From Candidatus Methanosuratincola verstraetei (GTDB lineage: Archaea > Thermoproteota > Methanomethylicia > Methanomethylicales > Methanomethylicaceae): 64,000 nt of DNA. The stretch covers positions 352,001 through 416,000 of the forward strand of contig CP186953.1 of the NCBI GenBank assembly GCA_049570475.1. The letters are read 5' to 3'. This document shows positions 60,315-64,000 of the stretch, one piece after another. Both the position numbers and the translations under genes were made by a program. Below the pieces are notes generated by a model that worked only from the letters and a program-made list of their open reading frames with translations, searched no databases and had not been told where the DNA came from. Every line of letters begins with the position of its first letter. Position 1 is the first letter of the stretch.

Positions 60315-61076
60315 ATGACAATCGAAGAAGGGCAGGAGATACTGCTTTACGTCAACGAAAAGAAGAGTTGGATTGTGACCGTAGAAAGCGGGAAAAAGTT
60401 CCACACTCACAAAGGAATCGTAGATCTGGGTGAGCTGATTGGGAAACAATATGGAACGGAAGTGAAGACCACACTGGGGCTACCCATGAAGGCGATGCCT
60501 GTAGACTACTTGGACCACCTCGAGAGGGTTTCCAGAAAGACCCAGATCATATACCCAAAGGACATAGCGCTCATCACTCTTCTGGCTAATGTAAAGCCAG
60601 GAACTAGGGTTGTGGAGTGCGGTACTGGGAGCGGGTCGCTAACGAGCTACTTGGCTACGCATGTCCAGCCTGATGGAATGGTGTACACCTACGAGATGAG
60701 GGAGGAGTTCCAGAGGATAGCTCGGAAGAATCTTGAAAGGATGGGACTGATGAAGAATGTTGAGATGAAGCTGAAAGACATCAATGAAGGGATAGATGAA
60801 AGGGAAGTCGATGCAATCGTCTTGGATATGGCAACCCCATGGCAAGTAGTGGGCTTGGCTCATGATGCACTCAGGACAGGGGGCAGGCTGGTCAGCTTCA
60901 GCCCAACAATAAACCAAGTCGAGAAGACTGTTGAAGAAATGCGTAGCAAAGGTTTTTTGGCAGTAAAGGCATTAGAACTACTGATGCGGACGTACAAGGT
61001 CAAGGCAAATGAGACAAGACCCGATATGATAATGGTGGGTCACACAGGATATATCGTTTCTGGGAGGAAAGGGTGA
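60315..61076 (+). CDS. trmI: tRNA m1A57/58 methyltransferase
   Basis: TQIIYPKD, ECGTGSG, LDM, HTGY. Confidence 0.94.
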   Translation: MTIEEGQEILLYVNEKKSWIVTVESGKKFHTHKGIVDLGELIGKQYGTEVKTTLGLPMKAMPVDYLDHLERVSRKTQIIYPKDIALITLLANVKPGTRVVECGTGSGSLTSYLATHVQPDGMVYTYEMREEFQRIARKNLERMGLMKNVEMKLKDINEGIDEREVDAIVLDMATPWQVVGLAHDALRTGGRLVSFSPTINQVEKTVEEMRSKGFLAVKALELLMRTYKVKANETRPDMIMVGHTGYIVSGRKG

Positions 61077-61411
61077 TGGAGAGAGTTCTAACAGGGTTGA
61101 AGAAAGCCGAGGGTTTTGCAGATGAGATAGAGAGCGAAGCAAAGGCAAAAGCAGACGAGCTGGTGAGGAGGGCTGAGGAGGAGGCCAAGAGACTGGAGCT
61201 TGAGTCTGAGCAGAAGGCGAAGGGGATTGGTGAGGAAGCGTATTCCAGGAAGGTTTCCGAAGCTAAAAAGATCACTGAGAAGATCAGGAAAGAGAGCGAA
61301 GCCTCTTCGGCGCTGCTTAGGAAGAAAGCTGAGGAGAAGAAGAAGGACTGTGTTGACGAAGTTGTGGAAGCCGTTCTCAGAGATCTCAACCCGCAAGCAG
61401 CGGAGAGCTGA
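61076..61411 (+). CDS. A/V-type ATPase peripheral stalk subunit H (G)
   Basis: Charged coiled coil, ~110 aa, upstream of subunit C. Confidence 0.7.
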   Translation: MERVLTGLKKAEGFADEIESEAKAKADELVRRAEEEAKRLELESEQKAKGIGEEAYSRKVSEAKKITEKIRKESEASSALLRKKAEEKKKDCVDEVVEAVLRDLNPQAAES

Positions 61412-61416
61412 AAATA

Positions 61417-62343
61417 TTGAGCGACCCTGTTTATACAGTCGTAAAGGCCTCTGCGAGAAAAGGCAGACTCCTGACTAGGGAGGAGTTTTTGGAGCTGTCA
61501 TACTCCAAGGATCTGAAGGAGTTGGCGAATAAGCTCAAAGAAAGGGTTCCCACCCTTGAAGTCCCTGCATTAAGTGCGAAGGCGCTTGAAGCCTCACTTT
61601 ACAGCGCATACCTTGCTGAGGTCGATGAGTTCACAAAAACATCAGACAGGCTGAAGAAGGCGTTGAGCTTCTTCAAGAGGGAGGTCACAGATACAGAAAG
61701 GGCAGAGGCCTTGAAGTCGGCCCTAGCCGGAAATTTGCCTGAAAAGCAGAGGGAGGAGCCCCTCATCAGGCTCAAGGCAGAAGGTTTCGATCGAGAGGTC
61801 GAGGCTTCCTCAAAAGCATTCATGAAATACAGGATCCCTGGTTTGGTAGACGTAGCCTTCGCAAGGCAGAGGATTCTTGACCTTTGCGAGGATATCGGAA
61901 AATTGGGCAGGGAGGCTAGAACTGGGCTTACTGATTTCGTGAAAACGAAAGTAGATTACTTCAATTCAATGACAATCATCCGCGGCCTCAAGAACGGGGT
62001 TCCGCCGGCTGCGATTAGCGAATTACTGATTTATCAGTTGGGCAGCATCCCTGATGAGAGGCTTAATGAAGCGACAAAGCAAGGCGATTCAGAAAAGGCG
62101 GCCGCTTTCCTTTTGAGCACATTGTCATCCAAAGGTTCGGGTGCGAGAGACCTGGAAAGGCTATACGAGGAGAGGCTTGGCAAGAATGCAGAGAGGGCAT
62201 ACTATAGGAATTACTCAAACCTTGCAGCTGTGTTTTCATACCTTGAGCTCAAGCTGAGGGAAACAAAGAACCTCATAAGGCTTGCCAACATAATTGAGAG
62301 AGAAATGGATCCCAAAAAGTCTGTCCAGGAGTTTATTTACTGA
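61417..62343 (+). CDS. atpC: A/V-type ATPase subunit C
   Basis: YxxxKxxARKGRLL N-terminus, DxxN..IIRG, YLxLKxxExxNL. Confidence 0.85.
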   Translation: MSDPVYTVVKASARKGRLLTREEFLELSYSKDLKELANKLKERVPTLEVPALSAKALEASLYSAYLAEVDEFTKTSDRLKKALSFFKREVTDTERAEALKSALAGNLPEKQREEPLIRLKAEGFDREVEASSKAFMKYRIPGLVDVAFARQRILDLCEDIGKLGREARTGLTDFVKTKVDYFNSMTIIRGLKNGVPPAAISELLIYQLGSIPDERLNEATKQGDSEKAAAFLLSTLSSKGSGARDLERLYEERLGKNAERAYYRNYSNLAAVFSYLELKLRETKNLIRLANIIEREMDPKKSVQEFIY

Positions 62344-64000
62344 CCTGGATTGGGACCCCCACAGCCAATCGGAAGGGGCTGAAGCGCACCCCTCCGTCAT
62401 TGTAGAACTTGCTGAACCACTCATAGAAGTGAAGCCTCAGATCCTGGGCCAGAACCAAGATCCCTTCAAGCAAGACCACGAACACATTCCCTACAACTAT
62501 AAGAAGCGGCGATAGGACGAACCCTAGACCTCCACCCGAAGTAATCTCAGCCAGGCTGTAGAAGACGGTTGTGAGCATTATGTGCGCAACCACCATCGCG
62601 AAAATTCGCAGGTAAGAAACGGTGTTTGAAATGAAGCTTATCATTGTCTCGAAGATTTCGAAGAACATCTCGCCGAGCTTGCCCACGCCTTTCTTGCCGT
62701 GCTTTGCTATCTCGTAGAATGGCTCTGCTACAAAGAGGAAGGCTATCGGCCCCAATATGTAGTAGATCGGACCAGAGAACCACTCCATGAGATTCAGCCC
62801 AAAGCCAAAGACAACATATATGAAGCCGATGTAAAGGGCGAGCTTCGGCAGGTTGACTAGGAAAGCTGTCGAGTACCTCCTCTGGATGAGGCTGTTGGCG
62901 AACGAAAGTGAAAGACCCAGAGAGATGTGCGCGACGCCTACGAACAGGGAGATCTTCAGCATTGTCATCAGGTCTTCAGAAGGGTGGAGCGGCGCCTCGT
63001 ATCCAACCAGATGGTGGAGAGATTGCCCGAAGAATTCACCATACAGCAGGGCGCCGATTATTGCCCCTGCAAGACCAGTAATGACCAACACCAATCCTAT
63101 CTTCTTCATTGAGCCGAAGAACCTGTAGAATACGAGCCCGAGCAAAGCGAGCGAAATCCCATGGCCAAGATCCCCAAACATCAGCCCGAACAAGATCGGG
63201 AAGCTGAGCGCCATGATTGGCGTGGGGTTGACCTCATTGTAAGAAGGGGAGCCATAGAGATTTGTTATCGAATCAAAGATCTTGAAGAACCGCGGGTATT
63301 TGTAAGAAACAGGAATGGAGGCGGATGCCAAGTCATCCTTCACGAACGACACTACGCGACCGTTCAGGACTTGCTGCACCGAATTCGTCAGCTCTTGAAC
63401 ATGATCCTTTGGCACGTAGCCTTCGAGCACTGCCCAATTTTTGCTGTATGAGGATTTTCCCTTAACAGACAGGATTGAACTTGCATCACTCACAGATTGC
63501 TCTAGATAGAGAAGCCTTCCATAGTTCTTTTCAAGCTGAGAGATTCGCTCTGCCTTATTCTTTTTGGCATTTTCAAGCTCTGATTCCAACGCCTCCAGCT
63601 TGGCTGAGAATTGTGAGAGGCTTCCTTTGAACGCCTCAGGAAGCGCTATGGAACGGAAGCCTGCCGATTCGAGCTGCTGCATCACACGGGGCTCTTGGCT
63701 TTTCAGATAGACCACTAGCACCACAACAGGCTCCACAGAAGCCTCAACTACCACGCACGTTTGCGGCAGCGAAGACCTAAGGTCGGATACTGAAGACTTC
63801 TCTGAACGGGCAAAAATGAAGCTGAAGGCTCTTAGCTGAGAGAGCATCTCCAAAGAATTGGATCCCAAAGTTCCGGAAGCAATGCTCTTCCAGAGTAGGA
63901 GACTCTCTGCCAACCTCTCCTCGATCTTAGCCACATCGTCTAGATCACGGATTATTTTTTCATAACTTGAGACTTCAGACTCGATGATTGCCACATAATC
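62333..64000 (-). CDS. atpI: A/V-type ATPase subunit I (5' end outside window)
   Basis: YGxPxYxEVNP, FGLMFGDLGHG, SNTVSYLR, LRLHFYEWFSKFY. Confidence 0.95.
   Translation of the reverse strand, partial: DYVAIIESEVSSYEKIIRDLDDVAKIEERLAESLLLWKSIASGTLGSNSLEMLSQLRAFSFIFARSEKSSVSDLRSSLPQTCVVVEASVEPVVVLVVYLKSQEPRVMQQLESAGFRSIALPEAFKGSLSQFSAKLEALESELENAKKNKAERISQLEKNYGRLLYLEQSVSDASSILSVKGKSSYSKNWAVLEGYVPKDHVQELTNSVQQVLNGRVVSFVKDDLASASIPVSYKYPRFFKIFDSITNLYGSPSYNEVNPTPIMALSFPILFGLMFGDLGHGISLALLGLVFYRFFGSMKKIGLVLVITGLAGAIIGALLYGEFFGQSLHHLVGYEAPLHPSEDLMTMLKISLFVGVAHISLGLSLSFANSLIQRRYSTAFLVNLPKLALYIGFIYVVFGFGLNLMEWFSGPIYYILGPIAFLFVAEPFYEIAKHGKKGVGKLGEMFFEIFETMISFISNTVSYLRIFAMVVAHIMLTTVFYSLAEITSGGGLGFVLSPLLIVVGNVFVVLLEGILVLAQDLRLHFYEWFSKFYNDGGVRFSPFRLAVGVPIQVSK

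Overview
A gene-dense archaeal chromosomal window (TACK-like; gene content fits a Methanomethylicia/Verstraetearchaeota-type anaerobe, by inference only). It holds a tRNA-dependent cysteine locus (tRNA-Cys, truncated SepCysE, SepCysS), trpS, ubiX, topoisomerase VI, a clustered AMP/form III RuBisCO pathway, one IS605-family element (tnpA+tnpB), tandem purP genes, thermosome, larB/larC, tetraether synthase, a corrinoid/MetE-core/MtrH cluster, a GH3-like adenylating enzyme, a stand-alone nurA-herA pair, a LipS1/LipS2/LplAB lipoate cluster, a radA-paralog operon, ppsA and split A/V-ATPase genes. Best leads: (1) an unassigned ~260-nt highly structured RNA-like element at 21146-21407 closed by a perfect 15-bp stem, next to a Toprim gene; (2) a five-gene operon with a divergent RadA and two catalytically degenerate P-loop proteins; (3) a three-protein methionine-synthase-like module; (4) a zinc-finger-less TnpB whose IS appears to have split a TATA box. 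All calls come from motif reading by eye; no searches or folding programs were run.
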